In this document: positions 1 through 11,164 of the stretch, one piece after another
Numbering within the stretch: the first letter of the stretch is position 1
Layout of the letters: each line of letters begins with the position of its first letter
Source of the DNA: Halocafeteria seosinensis
Lineage: Eukaryota
Direction: 5' to 3'
NCBI GenBank assembly: GCA_001687465.1
Contig: LVLI01000195.1
Span: forward strand, 1-64,000
Length of the DNA stretch: 64,000 nucleotides
Translations under genes and position numbers: made by a program
The notes under the pieces: model-generated
The model's input: the letters and a program-made list of their open reading frames with translations, nothing else
What the model was told of the DNA's origin: nothing
Databases searched by the model: none

Positions 1-198
1 ATATATATATGTATAGATTACCAGTAGATTGGTCACCTTCCACTCCTTTGGTTGTAGTGAGAGACGCGTTAAACGGAGTCAATGGTTTCTAAAAATGTAA
101 ATAGAAAATAGCCTATGCTAGCGAAGGGGACGTGAAAACTGACCGGCTTAAGCTAGCAGGGGGTGGTAGACAAAACTTCATTCCTGTTTCTGTTGCCA

Positions 199-1263
199 TT
201 ATTCTCGGGGAGCACCGAATGCTTCAGGCATTCTCTCAATCGTATACTTGTGCTGCGCAATATACATAATCGGAACACCAGGAACTTTCCTGATCCTTCG
301 CTTTAGGTCTTTATCACATGTCGCAACTATATAACATCTATGAACGTTGATCATTTTAACTAAACAGTCATCTGCGTAAGTCCCCTTGCAGCCACATCGA
401 ATTCTCTCGAACCGAGGATCCTTGGCGAGACGCAGCGCTACTCTGAATTTTGGGCCCAATTTCTCTAATTCTGCCATTACGCAGTCTGTTATACACGGTA
501 TGCCTGCACGTACAAGTAAGCAAAAGAAATAGTGATGAATGTGGGAGTGCTACTGACAACAGGCTGCCACTTGAATAAGGCAGTTGTGAGACCTTGGCAA
601 CTCCCCCGCTCTTTAGATGCTTCTTATTCCCGTATCAGTTTACGGAGGCATCCAATTACACAACAAAAATATGCATGTGTTTTCGGAAATGCTCCGTTCA
701 GGTTGCACGGGAGACCGGGGAGAGGAGCCAGAAAAGGACAAAGTCACCACGTCCACTATCCACTTACATTTCGCTAATAAGCAGTCCATCATGGAGCGCA
801 CGATATCGAGTTTGTTTTTTATGGAGAAATTGATAAAGTTTGTATCCACTAGCACAAAGTAGGGCGGTCCTAACTGCGTATTGTATTTGAAGTACAGTGC
901 TGTCGGAGCTTGTTGCCTGTATTCTAGAAAAATATACAGGGTCTCAGTGAATAACAACAGGCGCCTATCAAAGCCTCTAGTTCAGTATACTTACACATGT
1001 CTTGGTTCTTCCGGTTTGTTTTCTTCCTTCTGCTTTTCCTTGTTCGATTGCCTGTGTATCAAAAACGACTCTCTCTTGCTCAATACAACGCTCTCCCAGT
1101 AGGTAACCAGTCTATCATAGTGTACATACAGCCTTGTATCCTTGGGACTAAGCATGCGCTTTACAGCAGCGAATTTCTTCGTTTTACGGGCTTTGCCTCC
1201 CTGCAGTACAACCGACTCCACCAGTGACTGCTCATACAAGTAGCATTCCACAGCACATACCAT
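199..1263 (-). CDS. FCF1: rRNA-processing PIN-domain protein FCF1/Utp24 (5 exons)
   Basis: Spliced product [25 protein letters not shown]...[31 protein letters not shown]...[23 protein letters not shown]...KGTYADDC...[25 protein letters not shown] introns at about 1260-1201, 1129-1052, 994-918 and 767-504. Confidence 0.95.
537..713 (-). ncRNA. Intronic box H/ACA snoRNA candidate in the last FCF1 intron
   Basis: Unusually long intron (264 nt). Hairpin TCCCGT..ACGGAG/CTCCGT..ACGGGA has a pocket 14 nt from H box ATAAGA (627-622). Second hairpin GGGAGTTGC..GCACTCCC is followed by ACA (542-540) plus 3 nt. Confidence 0.7.
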
Positions 1264-1789
1264 TATACTATGTTATACTGTTTTCCCTCTTTCTCTTTTG
1301 TACTCCATTGACACGACACGGTCCATGCACCTATCAACACAATGCTTCTGACACATTACTGACCAGGGTTGAAGTTTCCGGCTCCGAGGTTCACGAGCAT
1401 GCAACTTGTAGGTATGGAGCAGGTAGACAGTTAAGTGGGTACCAAAATGGTGAAATAATAATATTTATTCCAATTTTGTGTATTGTGTCTCAGTAGACTA
1501 GCGCAAGCACTCAACTAAACAAATTCCATGTCATCATTGCAGGCAATTTGCAGCACTGCAATTGGAAATCATGACTTGTTAGACTTGCTTTGCCTCGGGT
1601 ACTCCTTCTGACCACTTCATATCATGGTCTTTATTCACACCCACAAGAGATGGGAATGTAATTCGTCGACTAGCAGTTTGACACCGCCTCGAAAAGTAAC
1701 CACATTTACGTAAGTAATCATCTCCACAGCAAGCCTCTGGAAAAGTACAATACAGTAAGCTGAAGAATAAACAATACACCCAAACCAGC

Positions 1790-1896
1790 GGACCCGTCAC
1801 TCATCAGTCATGTGGAAGTTAATCTCATTGCGTAGTTCGCAGGGCGTTGCGAGCTCTGAAGGTGTCCTAAGAATAAGCATCATCTGAGTGTGGTCC
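1790..1896 (-). ncRNA. Box C/D snoRNA, U58/SNORD58-like, copy A
   Basis: ATGATG box C, guide CTTAGGACACCT antisense to conserved LSU rRNA AGGUGUCCUAAG, D'-like CAGA, box D CTGA (1807-1804), terminal stem GGACC..CACTCA/TGAGTG..GGTCC. Confidence 0.8.
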
Positions 1897-2009
1897 TTGG
1901 CCCTAGAAACATACCTTATGATCTCAAATTTTACCTGCCGGTAAGCTCTGTGTCGGAAAGTAGAAACAAAGTATAGTAGTGACACGACACTGGAATAAAG
2001 GTGGTTGGG

Positions 2010-2124
2010 AGGCGCCCAAAACTCATCAGAAATTTAGAAGTTGTTCTCATAGCGTAGTTCGCAGGGCGTTGCGAGCTCTGAAGGTGTCCTAAGTTAAAGC
2101 ATCATCTGAGTTTTTTGGGCGCCT
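2010..2124 (-). ncRNA. Box C/D snoRNA, U58/SNORD58-like, copy B
   Basis: Near-identical ~65-nt core to copy A with the same LSU guide. Box D CTGA (2029-2026). Long terminal stem AGGCGCCCAAAAAACTCA/TGAGTTTTGGGCGCCT. Confidence 0.8.
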
Positions 2125-2138
2125 GCAACGTTTCTGAC

Positions 2139-2272
2139 GTACCAGTTGGGTCCTTCCGAGCAGGTTCGCTCACCCCATTTTCATCCCCTTGTCTCTGTCG
2201 TACTTGTACCAGTTGGGTCCTTTCGAGCAACTTTGCTCACCCCATTCTCATCCCTTTTGTCTCCAAGTAGAA
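2139..2272. repeat. Diverged tandem duplication (2 x 67 bp) covering the ZNHIT1 stop codon region
   Basis: GTACCAGTTGGGTCCTT..GCTCACCCCATT(T/C)TCATCCC..TTGTCTC starts at 2139 and again at 2206. Confidence 0.85.
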
Positions 2273-3009
2273 GTCTCGGCAGGCTGAGCTACAAACTCTG
2301 GCATTGGTCTTCTTTTCAACCATTTTAGCAGGGCCGCCACAGACAGCGCACATGCGATACGTCGGGTAACTTGGTGGACCGACTGAAGCGGAGAAGTAAT
2401 TGGGCCTCGTGGTATCCACTCCCTGCGCAACCAACATACAACCGTAGCGGTCAATTAGCATGCCAGTTTAACCATCGGTGCAAACTCCTACATCGAAATC
2501 CCTCAGCAAAAAATTAGAGTGTTTTAAAGTTATTACATCTACATTATTTAATTCAAGCAATAACCTTTTCATCACAGGGAGCTCTAGCCGAATTTCTCTT
2601 GAGATAGGAATGGAAGGCTTACCTCTTTCAAAAGTACGTCGACAAAATTTTTCACTTTACGTGGCTGGTTTTTCTTTCCTCCGGATTTCTTTTGCCTCTT
2701 GGGGTTACGTTTCTCCTGTACTGTCGGCAGTTCGCTGTCACTGATATCTTCATATTCTTCCTCGCCTGCATCGTCCTCCACGCTCTTATAGTTATCGGCT
2801 TCGTACAATTCTAGCTGAGAATTTCGAATTTGTCTTCGGGTCTCCTCATCAACTCGAGACCCTCCTTGTCCTCCAGATTCCCTGAATTTGCCAGAGGCTC
2901 GTTTGCCACGACGCCGTGTTTTCTTCACTTGCTCCTTGGCACGAGGACCTTGGCCCATCTGGGCCATGGTCTCGTCCCAGGCTTTCCGTGCAGAGGAGCT
3001 CGCTTGCAT
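2237..3009 (-). CDS. ZNHIT1: SWR1 complex subunit ZNHIT1/Vps71/SWC6 (zf-HIT), 2 exons
   Basis: QLELYEADNY, KNFVDVLLKE|, PNYFSASVGPPSYPTYRMCAVCG...RVCSSAC...ETK. Intron 2622-2423. Confidence 0.8.
2499..2580 (-). ncRNA. Intronic box C/D snoRNA guiding 18S rRNA
   Basis: TCCCT-GTGATGA...AAACACTCTAATTTTTT-G-CTGA-GGGA. Canonical C and D boxes, terminal stem, and a guide antisense to conserved SSU rRNA AAAAAAUUAGAGUGUU. Confidence 0.9.
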
Positions 3010-3386
3010 CCTGACGCAGTGAAAAGACTATCTGGGTGCCATTATGTCCCATGTGTGTCACGTCCCGTGAGACCAGACCAGACCTAAGCTGCTACACTAC
3101 ATACCCACTACATCAACAACAATCAGCCGACAGTGAGTATTCTATGGGATGTGTCATACCTATCCTCGGCATCCACAACCCATCATGTTACTGTGTGTAT
3201 ATCACAGCAATGGACCAAATATGTAGGAGAGAGCAAACAAATGTTTCACTTATTTCTTCTTGGAATTTACCTCGTTTACGGAGCCAATGCGGTAGATTAG
3301 AGGCTGGATTTGACTTGATTGGATGTGAATAGACTATGGATTTCTAGGGGTGGCCCAGCGATCTCTGGAGGTACAGTGAGGAGACA

Positions 3387-4266
3387 ATGAGCAATCGCTT
3401 AGTGCGCCAAACCAAACCCGTGTGGCATGTGATTGATGCCAAGAATGAGGTATGTTCAGCCCCTTCATGGACAAATTTCTGGTTGCGCATCTTCATTACG
3501 CGTGCATATGCGTTTCCAGGTTGTGGGACGACTGGCTGTCCAAATAGCACGCTTATTGCAAGGGAAAAACAAGCCCACATACACCCCAAACCAGGACTCC
3601 GGGGACAGAATTGTCGTGAAAAATGCCAAACATTTAAAGTTTACGGGGAACAAGGAGAAAGATAAACTGTTTCGATGGCATACAGGATACCCAGGTGGTT
3701 TGAAATCGTTGGATTTTAGGCAACTAATGGAACGTGCACCGGAGAGGGTACTACAAAGGGCCGTCCAAGGCATGTTGCCTAAAAACAATCTGAGGAAGCA
3801 AAAATGGATGAAAAATTTAAAGATATATCCGGATGAATATCATCCGTTTGAAGGAGAAAAGAGATTCAGTGAGCGTCATGCGCCCACATACTTAGAAACA
3901 TATAAAGTCAAGAGCAAGAAGCACATTCGAGAAAAGCAGCCTATTGAGGGTCGTTCAGACTTTTTCGAGATGGCAGCAGATGCAAGAGAAGAAGATCTTG
4001 TTCCTGAAGATCAGCAAGAACTATCCAAAAAGTTTGTTGAGCAAATGGTAGAAGCCTTGCATGAAGAAAAGGAACTTTGGAAAGCGGAGGGATACGAGAG
4101 GATCCCTGAGAAGGTCAAACAGTTACACGACTTAGAAGAATATGTTGATGATCATGGCGAGATTCAGTACCGAATGAAGGATTTGGATGGATCTGGTCTG
4201 GTTATTGACTCTGCAAACTACGCTGGAAAGAACTCAACAGAAGAGAGAGACACTGAACCGCGATAA
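3387..4266 (+). CDS. MRPL13: Mitochondrial ribosomal protein uL13m with C-terminal extension
   Basis: WHVIDAKNE|VVGRLAVQIARLLQGKNKPTYTP...DSGDRIVVKNA...HTGYPGGLK...AVQGMLPKNNLR. Intron about 3450-3519. Confidence 0.9.
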
Positions 4267-4669
4267 GCGCTGGTAATGGTTTTCTAGACAACGAACAGTA
4301 AATCGGGTATACTTCGTCAAGGACTGAAGACTGCCTTAGGGAGCAAAAAAATGTGTTTCCGAGTTGCAGATGCGTAGATAATAAAAATACACGCCTGACT
4401 AGTAGTTTAAGCACGGTTGCCGAATAGATGCGATCATCCTCTTTGAGGGAGTGCCTGCTCTCATGACCGCTGGTACTGCGTATAGAGCAAAAACGCGATC
4501 CACTCTTTTTTGTGTTTTATCCTTTACGTAACGACCGTCTCGGTGAACTTCCGATCGAGGTGAAGTTGCCCGGTGGTAGGTTGAAGTCAATACGCATTGT
4601 TGATGCAGAATCCGGTATACGTCTTGCTGTTTAAGGTCGCTTTCAAGAGGAACACCTAAGAAAAATACG

Positions 4670-5925
<1,256 letters not shown>

Positions 5926-6428
5926 AGCGTAGCTGACTGTACTCTCGCGTTGTTGATAGTAGTCCTATGACCGTGCGGATCTTGCACTAACATGGTTTCA
6001 AGCACCACAGTTCGAAACAGCATCATGTATCATCATTAAAAGGGATATATGATTACCCACATGCTCGAAGAATCTAGGGGGCACCTCTGGTGCTCAGACT
6101 AGCAATTTGGTTGGTTGTCGGAACTTCTTCTAAGGAGTACTGAGGAGGGCGCACTGCCTTACAAAAACCATACCGACAACAATCAGAAGGTTGGATTCCA
6201 TAAGATACTCACCAACCTAGGCTGAACACAATTCTCTAGAGACTACATTAGCAGCGTTTGTTATCGTAGTCTTCACGTTGAAGTTCGAGCTTGGGAGACA
6301 GACTGACTGCAGCGCCGGAGACTGCTTGTCAAATGAATCTGGTAGATTTTCTCTGAATAGTTTGGCACTTTTTCTTCCTTTTGATTGTGGTGAGGAGTCT
6401 AATATTATTCAGTACACTGTGTACCACA

Positions 6429-7920
6429 ATGGCACACTTCCGACGGCATCTCTTGACACCGTCTTGGCGTGCTGCGCGGCGGCACCATACAACTTGTTGT
6501 CATTCCTTTTCCACTTTAGCATCTTGGGCAGCTTTAGCAGAAGATCCTCATCGACCACCACCGGTACAAAAGGAGAGTAAGAAGCCTATTACACGGACTG
6601 CGCAAGGTAAAGTCAACCTCATCGGCTTCACAAGGGACGAGTTCCGGAGCTTTCTGGATAACGAGTTAAATATCAAGAGCAAGGCTGCCGATCAGTTATT
6701 TCGTGCCATTCACCGAAGCGGATACGATATGCAAGATCTCATGAACGTCGATGCCATTGGCCAACAGAAACGCGAAGCTCTACGGGATCTGGGCACCATT
6801 GACTGGGGAAGTGTTGTTTCAGAGCACACTTCTTCCGAAGATGGCACAAGGAAATGGTTGATTAATGTTGGCCCCGGTCTGGATGTAGAAGCTGTTCTCA
6901 TTCCCGAAGACTCCTCGAAACGAGGTGAACACGGTACACTTTGCTTGTCAAGCCAAGTAGGATGCTCGCTAGCGTGCTCCTTTTGCCACACCGGTACACA
7001 ACCACTTAAGAAGAATCTCTCCTCTGGGCAAATTTTGTCCCAGCTTCTGATTGCTCGGAAGGCGGTGGGTGATTTCCCGGCTGACAGGCCAAAGATTAGT
7101 AATGTAAGAAAGTGCGTTTTATCGAACGAACGTCGGGACTGGTATATAGTTTCTCTGTACGTGGCCCTGCAGGTAGTATTTATGGGACAAGGAGAACCTC
7201 TTTACAACAAGCGTGGAGTGTGGGGAGCTGTAAAAAACATAACCGATCCATTCGGAGGAAATGTTGCTCCAAAACGAGTGACAATAAGCACTTCAGGAGT
7301 AGCCCCTCTTATGCCCAGAGTCGGCAGTGAGCTGGGAATCAACCTTGCGTTATCACTTCACGCGGTTGACAACGCTACGAGAACGTATATTATGAACGTT
7401 AACAAAACTTACCCTTTAGAAACAGTAATGGAAGCATGTAGGCAGTACAGGTAAGTGGTAACTCGAATACTTTGAAAGACTCTATAATTTATATTCGAGA
7501 TTCCGAATTTCGACTTAGCAGAGACTCGAGTCCACGAACTAGAGGGCGACGAATACTTTTTGAGTATACACCGCTACGTGGCGTCAATGACTCTCTAGAA
7601 GAAGCGTATAAACTCGTGGATCTAGTGAAGGAATTCAACTGTCATGTGAATATAATGTAAGTCACACCAGCCAACGAAGGTTTTCCCGTTCAACTATAAA
7701 CTGTAGTGCCATCGCTTTATGCAGACCGTTTAATCCGTGGCCAGGAGCTCCGTATGAGCCCTCCGAAGACGAAACCATGATGCAGTTTGGCAAAGTGCTT
7801 CTTGACAACCATATCAGTGCGACGATCCGGTGGCCTAAAGGGCGAGAGATTATGGCGGCTTGTGGGCAGCTTCGGACCCATCATCAAGAGACCCAGAAGG
7901 CACAAATGGCGACGGTCTAA
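6429..7920 (+). CDS. rlmN: Radical-SAM RNA methyltransferase RlmN, probably organelle-targeted
   Basis: DGTRKWL, TLCLSSQVGCSLACSFCHTG (CxxxCxxC), VVFMGQGEPL, TISTSG, LALSLHA, FEY..GVND, PFNPW, IMAACGQL. Basic N-terminal extension. 3 introns. Confidence 0.92.
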
Positions 7921-8224
7921 GCATTCTCGCTTTCATCGGAAATTACGAGAACCGTTCATAGAAACATGAGGTTTCCATGAGGCCCCGGGATCCGTACGAA
8001 AGCTGCATTGTCAGATTGAGTAGATGTTCCGCGATACGAGGCGCCGTGGCCTCTGTTCTGATCCTCAGGCCTTCTAGTTTTGCCAATGCTTGTGGACCTC
8101 TACCCTGACGGCGTTCGCAGCAGTCACTGCCGCCATCTGCCAGTTCTTAACTAGTTGCTGCCGTCGAACGCGACCAGCTCTCAACTCGTGCCAGATACTC
8201 GCACAGTCGTGCACCAAATGGTAT

Positions 8225-8735
8225 CTATCCATTGCTTTGCTTTCCCTGTTCAGCTTGTTCTTTCCTCGCTTCTGCTAGCTTTTTACTGCATAGCGAAATA
8301 ACGAGCGTATAATGATACCCGACTACGCAGTGCATTTGTGTACAGTACATACTCAATCTGTTCCATCTCTTCCAGGAGAGCTTGTTTTCGTGCCAGTTGA
8401 TCATCATGAGTTGTATCAATGACTTGCCCTAAAGAGTCAACATTCCGGACTAAATTTCTCATAATTACCTGATAGCGCCCCCATTCGTTGCGCATGAAGC
8501 CTCCAACTTTATCGGGGTCCAAGTCTGCTTGGCGTTCCCGTCGAGCTGCTTCCTCTTCATCATCTTCTTCCTCCTCGTTCTCATTGGCAGTCTCTTGCTG
8601 CTGTTCTTTATTCTTCTGAGGTTTCTTGATGAACTCGTAATGCCCTGCCTCTAATACGTCATAGGAAACATTCACCATATGCTGTAAAGAGGAGGAAAGA
8701 TTGCTGAATAGAGCTTCACGGCTATTTTCGTCCAT
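8225..8735 (-). CDS. Small coiled-coil protein of unknown function (2 exons)
   Basis: MDENSREALFSNLSSSLQHMVNVSYDVL...acidic linker...QLARKQALLEEMEQI|DKKLAEARKEQAEQGKQSNG*. A GTATGT..TGCAG intron at about 8354-8286 joins the two ORF frames. Confidence 0.7.
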
Positions 8736-8799
8736 TATTTCACAAATTGATGTCCACTGAATGTGTTGTACAATTAGATAAGTATGCGTGCAGATATTC

Positions 8800-9013
8800 A
8801 AATAAAAATAGTAATAGCTGAGTTTCAGATCTTTCGACAATACGGACCAGAATTTATGTTGTATTGAACCACATTCACGGGAATCTGTCGGGATGGTGGC
8901 ATCATGATCCGGATGACTCAGGGGATGCATCACTGTACTCAGGTAAGTGTTTTCTCTCTTATTTCTCGTTTGCTTATTGTTGTTCATGATTATGGTGTAA
9001 TGAATACAGTCCG
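8800..9013 (+). pseudogene. Decayed copy of AAR2 exon 1 and intron 1
   Basis: ATAAAAATAGTAATAGCTGAGTTTCAGATCTTTCGA..GGGATGCAT..CAGGTAAGTG..TTGTTGTTCATGA..CAGTCCG aligns with 11159-11400. The ATG has become ATA at 8808. Confidence 0.75.
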
Positions 9014-9096
9014 CAACATACTGTAGAAATTATCGAACGTGTCGCCACCGAGGTGTAGTCCCTGGTGCCGGCGACCACTGGATGACGTGTGCTGTT

Positions 9097-9180
9097 GTAG
9101 TGCCTACGTAAATACCATTGATTGCCTCCAGGCTCCAGTAGTAGTGCCTACGTAAATACCATTGATTGCATCCGGCTCCA
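9097..9180. repeat. Tandem repeat, 2 x ~44 bp
   Basis: GTAGTGCCTACGTAAATACCATTGATTGC at 9097 and 9141. Confidence 0.9.
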
Positions 9181-10160
9181 CGACCTGTAGCCTACCACGG
9201 GTATTTCTTCACAACAACTCTTCCGGTAGGATAAATACAAATACATGAAACTCTGGGAACTGCACTTCTTAGCCGGCGACATTGTACGTGTAGACTTTGG
9301 GCGGCGTACTTTACGCTATAACGCCATGGAAAAATCCGCAACTACAATTCGCAGAATTTCAAGTGCTTGGAGCGACGCCAAACGGGGAAGCAGTGTTATC
9401 GAGCGAGAGAAGGTTTTCCTACACGAAGACGTGAACGGTGTAATGGCATGTTGCTGCACTTCCGCTGCCGGTTACGCAAATACCCATTGTTAAGATTGGC
9501 AACAAAATTTGATGTGAAACAGCAGAAGAAGAACCTCTGAAAAAGACAGGCAGTATTGTACTGTTTGAGGTATCCTACCGCAAGAAATTAGAAGAATCCA
9601 GGTAAGATTGGTCTGTGTGTGGACGACACGTACAGTATCTATGGTTTGAATCTGTTTTAAACTTGAGACGGTCGAAAGAGAGTGCCATTGTCGTACTGGT
9701 ACGCGTTTCATTAGGTTCAGAACACTCGAAGGGTGCTTATTCGCTTCCAATCGGAAGCCAAGAAAGCACAACCATGATCGCAGAGTTGCAATCAGTAAGG
9801 CCGACATTATGGCAAATGAGAAGATCAACACTGTTTTTCTGGACGTGCCGCCTCTATGATATCGCTTGAAAGCAGAAATCTCACTTGGACAAGAACACCG
9901 GCGGATATAGGGCGAGAAGACGTTCGCATCGGGAGCCCAGGATCAAAGTATGATGTGATTTTCTTCGACGAAGCAGCTGCCATGACAATCACGAACACAC
10001 AAGATCTCAGACTGAGAAGATTGACACTGTTTTATGGGTGTGCAATCTCTACAAGGCTCTTCCCTTCTTAGAGTGGTCTTGTGCGGACCTTGTGACCAGC
10101 CGTTTCCACAAAGTTACCAGTGAGCATTACAGTACACTGTATAGTGACAGTACCGTATAG

Positions 10161-10204
10161 TCACTGCTGACGTCACTGCTGACATCACTGCTGACATCAC
10201 TGCT
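10161..10204. repeat. Minisatellite, 12-bp unit x ~3.6
   Basis: TCACTGCTGAC(G/A) repeated. Confidence 0.9.
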
Positions 10205-10328
10205 CGGACAGTCTACTCCTGAATCAGATTCATGCGAACCAGTGGGTTTGGACTTCTTACTTAGCCCAGGAAGCTTCTGACAGGTAGAATAGGTAGGGTT
10301 ATTAGACCATATCCGAGCGCATAGTAGT

Positions 10329-10664
10329 CCGGCCGGTGGGCTATCTGTCACATACATGTATGTGTGTGTGTACAGTGTAGTTTACCACGCTAAAATAAAA
10401 CAACGGTATGTACAATTTAATTGTAGAACCTTTTACGTCTCTGTCAGTACTTAACACCGACAACATTATTTACGCTACGGATAAAATTTCCAGCTTCTTT
10501 GCCCTTAATCTGTACTACCAAGTGGTAGTATAGATAAAGCTGCTTTAATTTCGGACACCAGGCACGCGCTAGCGAAGGAACAAGTGATTGTACAAACTCT
10601 CAAAGACATGATAGTCAGTCACACACACACATACTGTATGGGACAGATGTAGCCCACCGGCCGG
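10329..10664. mobile_element. Putative non-autonomous DNA element (MITE-like) with ~42-bp imperfect inverted repeats
   Basis: CCGGCCGGTGGGCTATCTGTCACATACATGTATGTGTGTGTG ... CACACACACATACTGTATGGGACAGATGTAGCCCACCGGCCGG. AT-rich non-coding interior. No clear TSD. Confidence 0.6.
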
Positions 10665-10741
10665 GGAGTTGACCGCATCCTCTTAACAAGGAGCGGTATG
10701 CGCCCGTGTTAAGCAGCGACGGGCCCGCTGTAGTCAGTCAA

Positions 10742-11105
10742 AAGAACTCGCACGATCAAACCCTTACATATATGGTATGTATTGCTATCCCGGATCACTT
10801 GCACACCGGAATGACACAAGGTTCATGACGATGCCCATACTAGTACACTCGAGAGTAGTCGGGCATAAATAATGTATTATCAATGTAAGACAAGTTCCTT
10901 AAACAGTCAGCATGCCGGACTGAATTTGTTATCATGACCAGAAGTCGTCCCCATTCATTGTGCATCAAGCCTCCAACTTTATCAGGACCATGTACTGCCA
11001 TCTTCCAGTGGCCTTCCACTTGCCATGAGGCTGGACCCTACGACCGTACTATCCTGTACGAGTAGAGAGAGCCTCACGCCGTTCGTGGCTACTTTTGTTC
11101 ATTAC
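10742..11105 (-). pseudogene. Decayed copy of the 8225-8735 gene
   Basis: CCGGACTGAATTT..CCCCATTCATTGTGCATCAAGCCTCCAACTTTATC matches 8445-8513. GGCTACTTTTGTTCATTA matches 8719-8737. Confidence 0.75.
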
Positions 11106-11164
11106 AATGATTTTGATGATCATTGAAGTTAAAGATAAACATACATACAAATATTTACATAAAA

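Noticed and set aside
1488..1540. Small C/D-like segment (ATGATGA..CTGA, minus strand)
   Set aside because: Very short, no terminal stem and no rRNA complement recognised.
1824..2112. ~65-bp direct repeats as a CRISPR array or LTRs
   Set aside because: Only two copies, eukaryotic context, and explained as duplicated C/D snoRNAs.
8736..8987. N-terminal part of the 234-aa ORF 8283-8987
   Set aside because: It is the antisense of the decayed AAR2 copy. The likely start is the ATG at 8735.
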